A stretch of DNA of 64,000 nucleotides from assembly GCF_004010195.1 (NCBI RefSeq), contig NC_057750.1:12003144-12067143 (forward strand), read 5' to 3'. Shown here in pieces: positions 12,762 through 25,605 of this stretch. The notes below the pieces were generated by a model, which was not told the origin of the DNA, made no database searches, and was given only the letters and a program-made list of their open reading frames with translations. The translations under genes and the position numbers were made by a program. Every line of letters begins with the position of its first letter. The stretch's first letter is position 1. Source of the stretch: Chiloscyllium plagiosum (taxonomy: Eukaryota).

Positions 12762-13049
12762 CAACTGACAATGCAACATTCTCTCAGTACCGCATTAGCC
12801 TTGATGCTGGAATAGGATTGAACCTTATGATTCATGGATGATAGTGCTATCAACTAAGCCATGGTTTATACTAACAATCAAATAGTTTGACACAGACACA
12901 GGGTAGTGCTGGGACAGTTCAACTCAACAGGATAAGATTCCTGCAACTGTTGATTTTGCTACCAATAATAAAAGCTCATTTGCAGAGTTCCTTATTGTTG
13001 ACATTTCATGTGTTCTTGGCTTATGGGTGTAGCACCCTAGGCAATGTTT

Positions 13050-13470
13050 ATATCCTACCCTAATTGCCCGAGAGACAGTAGTTGTAGGTGCATTCTTGAT
13101 TTACTACAATCCACGTGGTGTAGATGCTCTCACAATACATATGGGAAGGAGTTCCAGGATTTTGACCCAGTGACAGAGAAGGAAAGACAACATATTTCCA
13201 AGTCAAAATTTTGAGTGACTTGGAGGGAAACTTGCAGGTGATGGCGTTCACATGTATTTGCTCTTCTGATGGTAGAGTTGTAGGTTTGATAAGTGCTAGC
13301 ATATTGCTGCAGTACATTCTGTAGGTGGGTTCCACTGTTGCCAATGAGTGTTGATGCTGGAGGGAGTGATATTTAAAATAGTGGATGAGTGCCATCCAAA
13401 CAGGCTGCTTTAACTGGGATGGCATGGAATTTCTAGAGTGTTGTTGGAGCTGCAGTCTTCGAGGGAAGTC
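13050..13470 (-). mobile_element. Second CR1/L2-group LINE 3' fragment
   Basis: Homologous by eye to 5500-5950. Confidence 0.7.
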
Positions 13471-13698
13471 ACACAATGGTGGAAAGATTAAAATACTTTG
13501 AACTAGACAAACCCAATTAGTGAAAGTTTCTAATTTCACTTTTTCATAATACCCAAAACATCATTTTACTCAGGATTCATTTTCTGATCTTTCTACATGT
13601 TACAATTTTATTTTTTTTCCCCATGTTATTACCAGTCAATTTTAAATACATCTCAGACTGTCAAATATAATATTTATAAGTGAATTGCTTTCATAGCA

Positions 13699-13844
13699 TT
13701 AAAAATCACACAACTTCAGGTTATAGACCAACAGATTTACTGTAGTTGGAAGCACTAGCTCGTGCTTCCAAATAAACCTGTTGGACTATAACCTGGTGTT
13801 ATGTGATTTTTAACTTTGTCCACTCTGGTCCAACATTGGCTCCT
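13699..13844. mobile_element. Family B palindromic element, core deleted
   Basis: Same inverted arms as 12094-12297, joined directly. Confidence 0.7.
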
Positions 13845-13887
13845 CTATATCATGCTTTTACAGGCTTACTTTTATTTACTAACTTAC

Positions 13888-14200
13888 AGGCAGCACAGTG
13901 GCTCACTGGTTAGGACTGCTGCTTCACAGCGCCAGGGACCCAGGTTTGATTCCCGCCTCAGGCGACTGACTGTGTGGAGTTTGCACATTCTCCCTGTTTC
14001 TGCGTGGGTTTCCTCCAGGTGCTCCGGTTTCCTCCTACAGTCCAAAGATGCGCAGGTTAGGTGAATTGGCCGTGCTAAATTGCCCATAGTGTTCGGTAGC
14101 TTAGTCAGGGGTGAATGGGTGGGTTACTCTTCTGAGGGTCGGTGTGGACTTGTTGGGCTGAAGGCCCTGTTTTCACACTGTAGGGAATCTAATCTAATCT
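13888..14200 (+). mobile_element. HE1-type SINE, full length
   Basis: A-box tggctcactgg, B-box ggtttgattcc, (aatct)n tail and flanking tacag repeats. Confidence 0.92.
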
Positions 14201-15480
14201 ACAGAGCCCCTCAGGAAGGTGTCAATGTGCTTTGAATTTGTTTTATGAGACAGAGTTCAGGGCTTCTCTATTGATTGATCCTTTAAACACTAAGTGGGGC
14301 TAATGAGACATCAGCAACAAACATCGTGCATACGTACATTAATCAGGCTGCTGCCCATGTCTACACATCAGCAATGTCAACACTGGCATTAAATGCAGCA
14401 AATTTGCAACTTTCGTCAATTGTAATCAAGGAACGGAGTTCTGATAATTAGCTGCTACTCAGCTGTGACAAAATGGAATAGCCTGAACCACAAGGGATAA
14501 GGAATGGTACAGGAATTCCGAGAATGTCTGCAGCATAATGATGGCATATGTCATAGAGATGGTACTACTGTACCAGTTTACAGTGTCTTCAAATGCAAAT
14601 TATTTCCCTTTCAATGTCTATGCTTCATCGTAAACACACAGCATATGCTCTGGGATTACATGTACCGCAATGGGGTTGCGCAAATCTTATGCCGGCTTTT
14701 ATTGAGCAGAAATCCCAGAAGCCCCGGAAAGGTGTCATCTCAGGACAAGCATTAACAATTTGCATTAATATAGCATCTTTCACAAATAAAACATCCCAAG
14801 ACATTCCACAAAAATGTTTATTGGACAAAATTTGACACCAAGCCACATAAAGAGCTGTTAGGGCAGATGACCTAAAGTTTGGCCAAAAATATAGGTTTAA
14901 AGAGTATTTCACAGGAGGACAGGGAGATGGAGCAAAGGAAATTCAAGAGTTAATGACCTCGAATGAGGCACTCAAGTGAGTGAACAAGAAGAGGCTTCAT
15001 TAAACATAATTATATACAATGGATCCGACATCACTATGACATCTCTCCTTGTATGAAGTAGCTATTCTTAGAGTAAGGGTATAGTTAACCTTTTATTCCA
15101 CAGGACCAGGCAGCTAAAGACGTGATTGCCAAGAGTGAAGAAACTAAAGATACACAAGAAGTTTCTTCTTATTTATTCAGAGGAAGTAAATGTGACTGGT
15201 TGGGTCAACAGTTAATTATGTGTACTTATTATTTATGTACGCTAGTCCAGCCAGCAACACCCACGTCTCTGGAGTGAATGAAGAAAAGTACCCTCCTTCT
15301 CTCGTAAGTTTAATTGTCCGCTGTCATTCACCACTTGCCAACCCTTTGGAATTTCCTGGAGTTGACAATAATTGAAGATTCTCCAGCTCACTGCTACGAG
15401 ACAATAACCAACAGAAAACGAGAGTGACCGACATCAACTGTGACTCTTTGAGGGAACTGGTTGGCCCAGTTGGCTGGATG

Positions 15481-15675
15481 GCAAAAGTGAGGACTGCAGA
15501 TGCTGGAAACCAGAGTTTAGATCAGAGTGGTGCTGGAAAAGCACAGCAGGTCTCTCCACCCTGGAGGCTTCCTGCCTCTATTCCTGATAAAGGGCTTTTG
15601 CCCGAAACGTCGATTTTCCTGCTCCTAGGATGATGCCTGATCTGCTGTGCTTTTCCAGCACCACTCTGATCTAAA
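15481..15675. mobile_element. Non-autonomous Penelope-derived element (family A) with inverted ends
   Basis: 14-bp TSD cagttggctggatg (15467-15480, 15676-15689). Mutated core ctgataa-a-gggc-tttt-gccc-gaaacgtc. Confidence 0.85.
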
Positions 15676-16134
15676 CAGTTGGCTGGATGACCAATGTGGC
15701 TCAAATTGGTGCCAGCAGTGTAGGAGTGGATGCTTGTTCTGACAGGAGTAAATGTGGGACCAGCATCCTTGTCCTGACAAGGAACAAGATTAAACCACTC
15801 CACTTTTTCAGCCTGCGCTGCCATTCTGTAAGATCACAGCTGATGTGATTCTAACATTCTTTCCTGCATACCTGATAACCTAGCCCTCATCTTTGATCCC
15901 TTCGTTAAAGGAGCTATCTACTTCTGCCTTAAAAATATTTCAAAATTCTGCATCCACTGCCTTTTGAGGAAGGGAATTCCAAACCCTCTGAGAAAATTAA
16001 GGTTCCTCGTCTCTGTTTTAAATGGGTGACCCCTTAATTTTAAATTACGACCCCTAGTTCTAAATTCACCATCAAGAGGACACATCCTTTCAACATAACC
16101 CAATAAAACCCCCTCAGGATATGTGATCTTTACG

Positions 16135-16438
16135 TGGCATAATGGCTCAGTGGTTAGCACTGCTGCCTCACAGTGTCAGGGATCCTGGGTTCGATTTCAC
16201 CCTCAGACGACTGTCTGTGTGGAGTTTGCACATTCTCCCCATGTCTATTTGGGCTTCCTTCAGTGCTCCGGTTTCCTACCACTGCCTAAAGATGTGCAGG
16301 TTTGGATGGTTTGGCCATGGGGCATGCAGAGTTACAGGGATAGGGTAGGGCTGTGGGTTTGGGTGTGTTGCTGTTCAGAGGGTTAGTTTGGACTCGATGG
16401 GCCAAATGGCCTGTTTCCACACTGTAGGGACTCTATGA
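16135..16438 (+). mobile_element. HE1-type SINE
   Basis: tRNA head, body and tail. Confidence 0.88.
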
Positions 16439-17228
16439 TTAACAATATGGACAGTAGGGTGTGGTATGATATTGCAAACTAAAATACATCTGGTCTAATG
16501 ATCCACTGTGCGTCACACTTTGATCAGTTATGCTGACTACATGTGCTCGACTATTTTTGAGTATGCAATTTCTATTTTTAAGTATCTTTGAGAGAAATAA
16601 GGATGAGTCAAAATGATCGAACAAAACCTCAGGATTCAGTTCTGACGAAGGAATCTGCCTTAAGCATTACTAATAATATTCTCTTTTCAAAGCTAATCCA
16701 GCGCATTTGTTTTGCTAGAAATAACATCATTAATATACAGTGACTCATTAAAATAAATTCCTTTCCAATGAAACACCATTCTGTGAGTTTCTTGATGCTT
16801 TTAAAAAAAACATTTTCATGTGTCACTAGCAAGGCCTGCACTTATCGCCCATTGCTAATTATCTCTTGAACTAAGTGGCTTCCTCAGCCATTCCACAAGG
16901 TCTTTATGGGTCATCCATACTGCTGTGACTCTGGAGTTACATGCAGGCCAGAACAGGTAAGGTCAGCAGACTTGCTTCCTTAAACGGGGATTAGTGAACC
17001 CATCAATGATCGTTAAGATTAGCTTTCCATTCCATATTCATGAAATGGATTTAAACTGAATTAAAGAATCAACCACATTTTTTTGGCATTGGAAGCACAC
17101 GCTAGTGAATAACCAGAATTTTAACCATAATTAATTATAGTTCCATGCTCGCCATTAGTGAAGATAATAAGCACAGAGACTAGCATTCCAATTTGAAAGC
17201 TGTGGATTGCATTTGAGTACCCCCAGCT

Positions 17229-17610
17229 GTCATAGAGTCATAGAGATGTACAGCATGGAAACACAGCCTTTGGTCCAACTCCATGCCGACCAGATAGCTT
17301 AAACTAACTGAATCCATTTGCCAGCACTTGGCCCATATCCCTCTAAACCCTTTCTATTCATATACCCATTCAGATGCCTTTTAAATATTGTAAGTGTACC
17401 AGCCTCCACCACTTCCTCTGGCAGCTCATTTCATACACATGCCACCATCTGCATGAAAAAGTTGTCCCTTAGGTCCCTTTTAAACTTTTCTCCTCTCACC
17501 CTAAACCTATACCCTCTAGTTCCGGACTCCCCCACCCCAGGGAAAAGACCTTGTCTATTTACCCTATCCATGATTTTATAAACATCTGTAATGTCACTCC
17601 TCAGCCTCTG
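17229..17610 (-). mobile_element. CR1/HER1-type LINE 3' end
   Basis: tcatagagtcatagagatgtacagcatggaaac tail on + and a decayed RT C-terminus on minus. Confidence 0.88.
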
Positions 17611-17782
17611 AGGAACAATGATGGGATTTGAACTTTTGCCCCCAACATTATCTGGAGTTTCTTGAACTTCCGTTAATATTAATGTTATGTCACTTTCTCT
17701 CTGTCTGTCAATTGTTTTGTGAAACTCGTACAGGGTGTTCCGTTATCTTTCATATATGTTCCTTTTTTCCCAATCCCTTAAC

Positions 17783-18420
17783 CTTTTTTTATATAGATAT
17801 TTTAATTGAAAATTTAACATGTTTTTACAAGTTTACAAATAAGAAAATACACAAGTACAAACACTAATATACAATTAAATTTTAAATAAATAACAGCCAA
17901 AACCTATCAAACAAAAAGAAGAGATACAGAAAGGAAAAAGAAAAAGACAAAACTCAACTAACTACTAATCTAACCTATAACTAACCAGAGTGTATGATCA
18001 AATATCTTACATTATTCAAGAGAAAAAAGAAGGATAACATAGTAATTAAGTAGTGGAGTACATGCTCGGAATGAGTTAACATCAAGTCATAATAAAACCT
18101 GTATTCATGCGGGATCCCTCACCCAAAGGGCCCTGGACCAGCCAGAACCATTACCTCAACTAGATGAAAGCCCTTGATAGAATGGCCGAAATATTTGTAT
18201 CTATGTAATTCAAAAAGGGCTGCCATATTTTATAGAATAATTTGTTTTTTTGGTGCACCATATTTGTAAGGAAGTCAAGGGGAATACATTCCATGATTAA
18301 TCTGTGCCAATTCGGAAGTCCTGGAGGGCCCTCAGCCACCCAGTTTACGAAGATATTTTTCCTTGCACAGAAGGAGAGAATGGAAAATAATTTCCCTGAG
18401 CTTTTTTTAAAGTTTTGAAC
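17783..18420 (-). mobile_element. L1-clade LINE 3' end
   Basis: Minus-strand ORF ends FCARKNIFVNW...NWHRLIMECIPLD...KLFYKIWQPFLNYI, typical of fish-type L1 ORF2 C-termini. AT-rich 3' UTR and poly(A) (T-run at 17783). Confidence 0.8.
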
Positions 18421-18521
18421 ACTCCCCGAGGCGGTATTGATACAGCAGTGGAGGTTGCTATCAGATTCCTGAGATTCTGGGAGTTGCCGTCTGTGCTTTG
18501 TGCCCTGACTCTGACAGGAGG

Positions 18522-18615
18522 CTGGGGTCAAGATTAGAATGGTGCTGGAAAAGCGCAGCAGGTCAGGCGGCATCGAGGAGCAGGAAAATCAACATTTCGG
18601 GCAAAAGCCCTTTGT
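18522..18615 (-). mobile_element. Family A Penelope-derived short insertion
   Basis: Family A pLTR sequence flanked by direct repeat ctgacaggagg. Confidence 0.75.
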
Positions 18616-19372
18616 CTGACAGGAGGGTGTCAAATTCCCTTTTATGTTGAATTCTTGCGCAAGAAATCGACAGCATCTGGTATTCAGCAGAATTAGCATT
18701 GGAATGCATGGGTTGGTTCACCCCAAGCAGTGGATTGTCCAGTGGGTATGGGAAAGAGAATGGAGGCCATTTACGCATCTGAAGTGTGGCCCCTTTGGAA
18801 AAGCAATCAACCATAAGGATTTTCACCAAGGTGCCCCTTGTGTCACAGAGACTGGTTTCCTGTCTAATTTAGGGGGCTGGAGGGGTTCTTGAAGCTGAAA
18901 GACCAATCAGAAGTCTTCCACCCTAAGAGGGGTAACTGGCCTTAAGGAAGAGAGAGAATGTTTCAACGTGGAGGCGTGTGTGCGCGCGTGCGGCTTGTGA
19001 GAGTAGGTGAGAAAGTGAGACAGTCAGTGAGAGAGTTATGTGGCTACCGTCTGCAGGGCAGCCTTTATTGTTGTAAAGTGTTTTCAGTGATTTCAAACAA
19101 GACTTGAACCCAAGTGATATTAGCATAGACAACCAAATAGTAGCTAAGAGTCAGTTATGAGGAAGAGCAGAAGAAGAAAAGAGAGGTAGGAAGTTGTGGA
19201 AGTTTAAGGAGGAAATATCAGAATGTGTTCACTCCATACGTCTCTCAGCTGAAACAGGACTAATTAAGTTTTTGTGTGTCTGTGCTTCAAAGCTGGCCTC
19301 CATGACCGAGATGAAAGATCAATTCTATTAGGAGTTGATGCTGTTATCAGAAAGATCTCTATATCAAAACAT

Positions 19373-19728
19373 AGTGAGTTTTGAGAAGATTTGTAGCTCA
19401 GGTTGAGGTTCTGGATGTAGGTTTGGCTGCTGAGCTGGAAGAGTCATTTCCAGGCGTTTCGTCACCCTACTAGGTAACATCTTCAGTGAGCCTCCGGGTG
19501 AAGTACTGTTCATGATTCCTGTTTTCTATTTATACGTTTGAGTTTCTTTGGGTTGGTGATGTCATTCCTTGTAGTAAATAAATGACACCACCAACCCAAA
19601 AAAACCCAAACATATAATAGAAAGCAGGAATCATGTACAGTGTTTCGCCCACTGAAGACGTTAACTAGTAGGGTGTGGAAACGTCTGGAAAAGAACCTTC
19701 CAGCTCAGCGAGCAAAGCTACATCCAGA
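19373..19728. mobile_element. Penelope-like remnant with inverted pLTRs
   Basis: 12-bp TSD atatcaaaacat (19361-19372, 19729-19740). Inverted arms are related to those at 6356-6795 and 58058-58730. Confidence 0.8.
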
Positions 19729-21099
19729 ATATCAAAACATCTTAGCCACTGGGGGATTTCAAGGCATGAGTGACTGCAGACCATGAGGCAATGCCCTCTG
19801 GTTTGGATAATCACGGCTTGAGAAGGATAAATAAAAAGTACTAGATGAACTTTATTACGACCATGCTTTGTGTTACCAGCAATTTCCCTTGGAACAAGCC
19901 GTGCCACAAGGTATCTTGAGATATCCCAGTTCAAGGCATTGCAATCATTTGGATCTGATCATCACAAGATTTGACTCTTTCAAACTTTTGGCACAGCTAC
20001 TGCAGTACTAAGATATAGATCACTTCCTGACATGCATCAGGGTTAGGCTGCAACTCTGAAAGCTTTTACATTCAATGCAGAAAGGCTGTCCTCACACCAG
20101 TGTGAGCCATACAGCCAACCCAGAACATATCCAACAGATCTTCAGCTTGACTGAACCAATACTGCCTGGCATTCTCACACAAGGGTGCAGAATTAAATCA
20201 AAACAGCTATCAGCTACAATACTTCAATCTCATACTATGGGAAGAGAAAGGATAAAAGTTATTACTGGTTAATGGCTAATTACACTGTGATGGAACATGT
20301 CATTGAAGTCAAAGGATTTGCTCTCATTAATTACAAACGAGATCTGAGTGACAATACTCTGATTGTCCTAACAACTGCTTCCAGTAAAGGCCAGGCACTG
20401 TGCCAATGACTTACTGTATACATCTTTGCCAGAAGATCCAGATGTCTTTCATCACAAGGAATGTTAAAGGCACATATAATCATATTAAGAAGGCAATAGG
20501 TCTATCAGTAAACAAATACCTTTACTGAAATAAAATATAACACGTATGTCATATAGTGGAGATGTAACTCACAGTTGAGGAGCTTAGCAAGGCTGTTAAC
20601 ACACCGGCCATGGGCAAAGTTCCACATGCTGATGTTATAATGCCGAAACATTTGGGAATCCAGCATTCCTTCAGCACCTTTTCAAACTTGCCTGGCTCAA
20701 AGAATAGGGCAGTGTCCCAGGATAAGGGTAGGGATAGAAATCACTGGCCCCAGTACTGCTGCAGGTTTAGGCCCTCTACCACTGCCTCCAACTCCTGCCC
20801 AAACCTCAGCACAGTACCCTTTCTCCTAACCCAAATATAGGCCCCTTTGCATCCTGGGCCCCAGTTATTTGGGCCCTGATCTATCCTCTTGTTCCATGCC
20901 ACATCATAGAATATGCATGACGATAAGATTGTGATCTGGCATAAGATTAAAAGCAGTCAATTCTAATGATTAGTGAGGCATCTCCTTGCTGAGTATCACA
21001 GAAACATTACTGATCTGTATTGCCCTTGTCAGACTGCAGTTCCTGACTGAATGCATATACCCTGAATCTCAGTGTTCTTTCAGATCTGTTAAATATACA

Positions 21100-21600
21100 A
21101 CCAACATGATCTCCTCACTCCTGTAGCCGCAAGAGAAATGTCGCAAACTAACATATTGCCTTCATTGCTCTTACCCGAATCATTTGACGGTGTGCGCACA
21201 GGAGGATCATTTAAGCTACTGCTCACCCAAAGCTGTTCAATGTGACCTCCCCTTTCCATGAGAACCTGATGTGCACGGACCCAACTACACTCATTGGACA
21301 AATGACGGTTGTGTACCCAACGACCTTCTGTATATGAACTGACGATATTTACGGAAATGTTCATACTCCCATAATGGACATATGCAAGAAGGTATCAGAT
21401 GATTGGACCAACTGAGAGACAAACATTAATGATCAGAGGGTGTCTGGTTGGAGGAACGTTAGAAGAAGCAAGGCAAATTGTTGAGAAGAGGGCCCAGGGT
21501 AAACAGAGAATCCTATACCATCCCAGCCCATGGTCAAACTTTGCAGCAAATGCAGCATCGATTGCCTTGTCAAGGTGAGCCCCAGAGTCATATTGGGCAG
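21100..21600 (+). mobile_element. Old RTE-clade LINE 3' fragment
   Basis: Decayed DGCVPNDLLY (cf. RTE DGRIPKDLLYGEL) and terminal CSKCSIDC motif. Confidence 0.55.
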
Positions 21601-21779
21601 TGTTTAAGACAGAGTTGACCACGATGGCACAAACTATCTTCTCATGAGACAGAAGACTGCCAGAAACGTTTGATAAAGAAAAATATCCATGTCATCAAGC
21701 AGAAAGACTACAAGTTTTCGATTCATGGATGGAAACTGCAGCAGAACCTATTGCTGTATAGTGCAAAGAATGCAGCACT

Positions 21780-22066
21780 GGGCAGCATAATGGCTCAACG
21801 GGTAGCACTGTTCCTCAGGGATCTGGGTTCAATTCCAGCCTTGGGTAACTGTGTGAAATGTGCATGTTCTCCTTATGTTTGTGTAGGTTTCCTCCTGGCA
21901 CTCCAGTTTCCTCCCACAGTCCAAAGATGTGCAGTCTGGGTGGATTACCCATGGTAAATGTGGGGTTATAGAGGTAGGGTGTGTCTGGGTTGGATTCTCC
22001 TTGGAGGGTGAGCACAGACTCAATGGGCTGAATGGCCTCTTTCCACACTCTGGGGATTCTATGATT
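21780..22066 (+). mobile_element. HE1-type SINE, diverged
   Basis: Head ggcagcataatggctc...gggttcaattcc and HE1 tail. Confidence 0.85.
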
Positions 22067-22430
22067 CTCGTGCAAAATATATTGATATTGCTGAGAGAAT
22101 TAACTGAGGTAATTTAATCAGAGATTCAGAAACCACAACAGCCATGAAGTATGATTACTCAATGCACTTTGCTCTCAGCTATTCATCATTGAAGGAACAT
22201 AAACATTTGGGTGCATCGGTTTGTTGAGAAAAATGTTTTTATTGTTTCAGGTGCCTGTCAACACCACAATGACATCACTTAGAATGAATCAGATTTCTTT
22301 CCACTGCATTCTGCAATATTTGTTCAATAAATACCTGGGATGAATTAGCTGGACGTTCCTAGTCATCTAGCCCCAGATGGCTGGTTTTGTTAACTGATTT
22401 CATTCAGGAGACTTGTGCACCCAACTTGGG

Positions 22431-23230
22431 CTGACACTCCCAGTGAAGTACTGACGCAGACTACACTGGCAGAGGTTTCATTTTAGGAGGTGAGGCTAAA
22501 TTGAGGCCCTGTCTGCTTACTCAAGTAGACATGAAAGATCCCATGGCACTACTGGAAGGAGAATTATCTCCTATGTCTTGCTCTATGTTTAGATGATCTA
22601 GTCATAGCTATGTGTGGGAGTTTGCTGTACACAAATTGATTGCTGTGTTCCAACATTTCAACAGTGGCTACACATTAAAACTTCTCCGTTGGCTGTAATA
22701 TGATTTGCTGAAGTTCTGAAAGGCACTACGTAAATGCAAGGTTTTCTTTCTTTCAGATGATGCTGTAGTGAAATTGGCTTCCACTGGTGGACTACCCAAT
22801 GTAAATGCTCAGGGACATTTGCTGAGGTGGTCTCGCAAGGTGCTATACTGACTGGGAACATCCCAGCTTTGATTCTGAGGGCTATCCATGCTTCAGTTAG
22901 CAAACCTCTTCAGTCAGAATATTGTGGATTCACGTCCCAATTAAGAGCTTTGAAACCACAAACTAGGGTGACACTACAGAAGCAGCCCTATACTGTTAGA
23001 GGTGATAGCCTTTGGATGAGATGATAAACTGAGGCTATCTCTGCCCCATGGCATGATCTCAAAAATGAACAAGGAGGCTCTCCCTGACTTGTGGTCAATT
23101 ATCATCCCTCAAGCAGCATTATTAAAAGGGCTGATCTAGCTCATTTCACATTGATTACTATGGGAGCTCCCTGTCCACAAATTGGTTGTCACCTTACAAA
23201 AGTTTCTGCACTTCATAAATACTTAATCTT
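22431..23230 (+). mobile_element. Two decayed Deu-domain SINEs (SacSINE1-like)
   Basis: cagtgaagtactga...gaggccctgtctgc...aaagatcccatggcactac and ggatgagatgataaactgaggc...cccatggcat resemble the DeuSINE central domain. Confidence 0.6.
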
Positions 23231-23500
23231 TTTTGTGCTTTTGTGGGATGTGGACATCACTGACAAAGCCATAATTCATGGCCTGCCCTTAATTTCCTTT
23301 GAACTGAGTAGGTTGCTTGACCACTTCAGAATCAACCCCATTGATGTAAATCAGGAGTCACAGCTAGGCCAGACTAAGTAAGAACAGTAGATCTCCTTCC
23401 CTAAAAGATCTTAGTTTTTTTTCTCAATCCCATTGAGTGAGCTAGATGGAATCTTACAACAATTATATGGGGTTTGGTCACCACCATGGTAACCTTCAAT

Positions 23501-23710
23501 ATTTTTTCTTTTTGCTTTTTTTTGTGTGTGTTCAGATGTGAGACACAGTGAAAGACACAAGGTGCACGAATCTTTATTCAATTTCCACCACCAGGAAGAA
23601 AAGAAACACCCGAGTGGTCTGTGAGAAGCAGTGCCCTTCATATCAAAGGGCAATGCTGTGTGATCAAACAGTGAAGGGGAGGGCAAGGGTTAAATCAAAA
23701 TAGAGTTGGA
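23501..23710 (-). mobile_element. Short 3' end of a Tx1-like LINE
   Basis: Reverse complement tggtggaaattgaataaag...tttcactgtgtctcac...cacacac plus an A-tail resembles 1497-1562. Confidence 0.55.
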
Positions 23711-24318
23711 ATGTTAGCTTTCTATTCAAAGTTTCTATTAATTGAATTTAATTGGTGCTGTGTACCCACGACGTCAGAGAATTAGTCAGCACCTTCAAAT
23801 AACTAATCCAGTCATATTCCCTGCATAGTAGCATCTCACTCTGGGACAGCTGTAAAGTACTTTGAGAAATGCTACATTCTTACCTGACAATCTCAGGTGT
23901 AGGTTTTGAACCCACAACCTTGGACTCCCAAGTGACAGTGTTACCTTGAGCACCAGCTGACTCAGTATGAATGAGAGCAAACACCAGTTCAGGGGTGAGC
24001 ATTTAGGGAGAATTCCATGATTCCTCAAAGTACTTTCAGCAAGAATTGACACTTGCAAAATGAGCAGTGAGCTCATGTGCACTTTGTGGGTTTTGCAGCA
24101 CAACATCGTTTCAGAAGCTGGAAAGCCTACAGCGCACTGATCAGTATGAAACTCCTTCACACCATTAGGTGGCACAAGAGCTTTGGCTTAGTCAGGACAC
24201 CAAGCACAATATTCTGATATTGAAGGATTTAGTGCTGAGAAAAACAGAATAGCTCCACCGACTTTCAGAACTCCCCAGTACAGCTCACCTCGAAACAGAA
24301 TGAGGAATCTTCCTGCTT

Positions 24319-24535
24319 TAAGATTAGATTAGATTCCCTACAAAATGGAATCCCTAGCAAGTCCACACTGACCCTCTGAAGAGTAACCCACCCATACCCA
24401 TTCCCCTACCCTATATTTACCCCTGACAATGTGGGCGATTTAGAATGGCCAATTCGCCTGACCTGCACATCTTTGGATTGTGGGAGGAAACTGGAGCACC
24501 CGGAGAAAACCCGGGCAGACATGGAGAGAATATGC
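24319..24535 (-). mobile_element. HE1-type SINE, 5'-truncated
   Basis: (agatt)n tail and body. Confidence 0.85.
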
Positions 24536-24889
24536 TGGAAGAGAATGTAACTGAGTCTACCCTAGTTTTATTTGACTTACTTCTAAGCACTGTTGTTCAA
24601 CAATGACTGGTTGGTTAGAAAGTAACCATTGCACAACAGTCATTTAAGGCGAGGACCTACATTTACAATATCACCACCTACAACCCCAGGGTGCCCAATG
24701 TTTTTAACGGCCAATTCAGCATTTTTGAACTGCTCTAATGGAGGAAACACAAGTAGCTAATCTGTGCACAGAGACCTCCCACAATCAACAATCCAATCTC
24801 CAGCCAATTTGTTGGGTAAGGAATAAATATTAGCCAGGACACCAGGGAGGACTTTCCAGCTCTTTCTAACTAAATACCATGGGTTTAGG

Positions 24890-25430
24890 AACAGAGGAAG
24901 TGGACGAGGCCACTCAGTCGGTCAAGCCTGCCCCATCAATCTAGATGACGGATGACTGTCCCCTCAATGCCATTTTCTTTAATGCCATATCCTTTAATGC
25001 CATTCATCTCCCAATACCTTTCAAATTCTGTCTTGAACCTGCCTAATATTTGAGTTTGCCCAGTCCTCAGCACACAATTCCAAAGATTCACCACACTCCG
25101 AGTGAAGAAATTCCTCATCATCTCAGTCTTAAACTGTCTCCCTTATCCGGACATTATGTCCCTAGTTGTACAGCCTCCATTCGGGAAAGCATCCTACTTA
25201 TAGCCATCCTGACATGCCCTCCATGAATTTTGTAAGTAAAAACGAGAGCACTTCTCATTCTTTGAAAGATACAATTCCTGTAAGCCCCCTTGACACTGTA
25301 CTCAAACTCCTTGAAATGAATGTCAACACACTGTTTGCCTTTCTAACTGCTTGCTGCACCTGCATGCTAGTTTGTAGTGACTCATGGACAGGGGTACCCA
25401 GATCTCTTTGGACACTTGCAAGTTCTTTAC
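24890..25430 (-). mobile_element. CR1-type LINE fragments
   Basis: Minus ORFs MRNFFTRSVVNLWN and QRDLGTPVHESLQTSMQVQQAVRKAN. Confidence 0.8.
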
Positions 25431-25441
25431 AAAGAATCATA

Positions 25442-25605
25442 TGGGAAAAAGTGAGGACTGCAGATTGTAGAGAGAGGAGGAGAACTTCTTCAAGGTAGAG
25501 TAGAGACAGGAGGGCTTCCTGATGAAGGGCTTATACCCGAAACATCGATTCTCCTGCTCCTCAGATGCTGCCTGACCTGCTGTACTTTTCCAGCACTCCA
25601 CTCTC
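25442..25605 (+). mobile_element. Family A Penelope-derived element
   Basis: ctgatga-a-gggc-ttat-accc-gaaac followed by gatgctgcctgacctgctg. Confidence 0.75.

Noticed and set aside
13888..13960. tRNA genes
   Set aside because: A/B-box sequences here and elsewhere are SINE heads that continue into SINE bodies. No complete cloverleaf.
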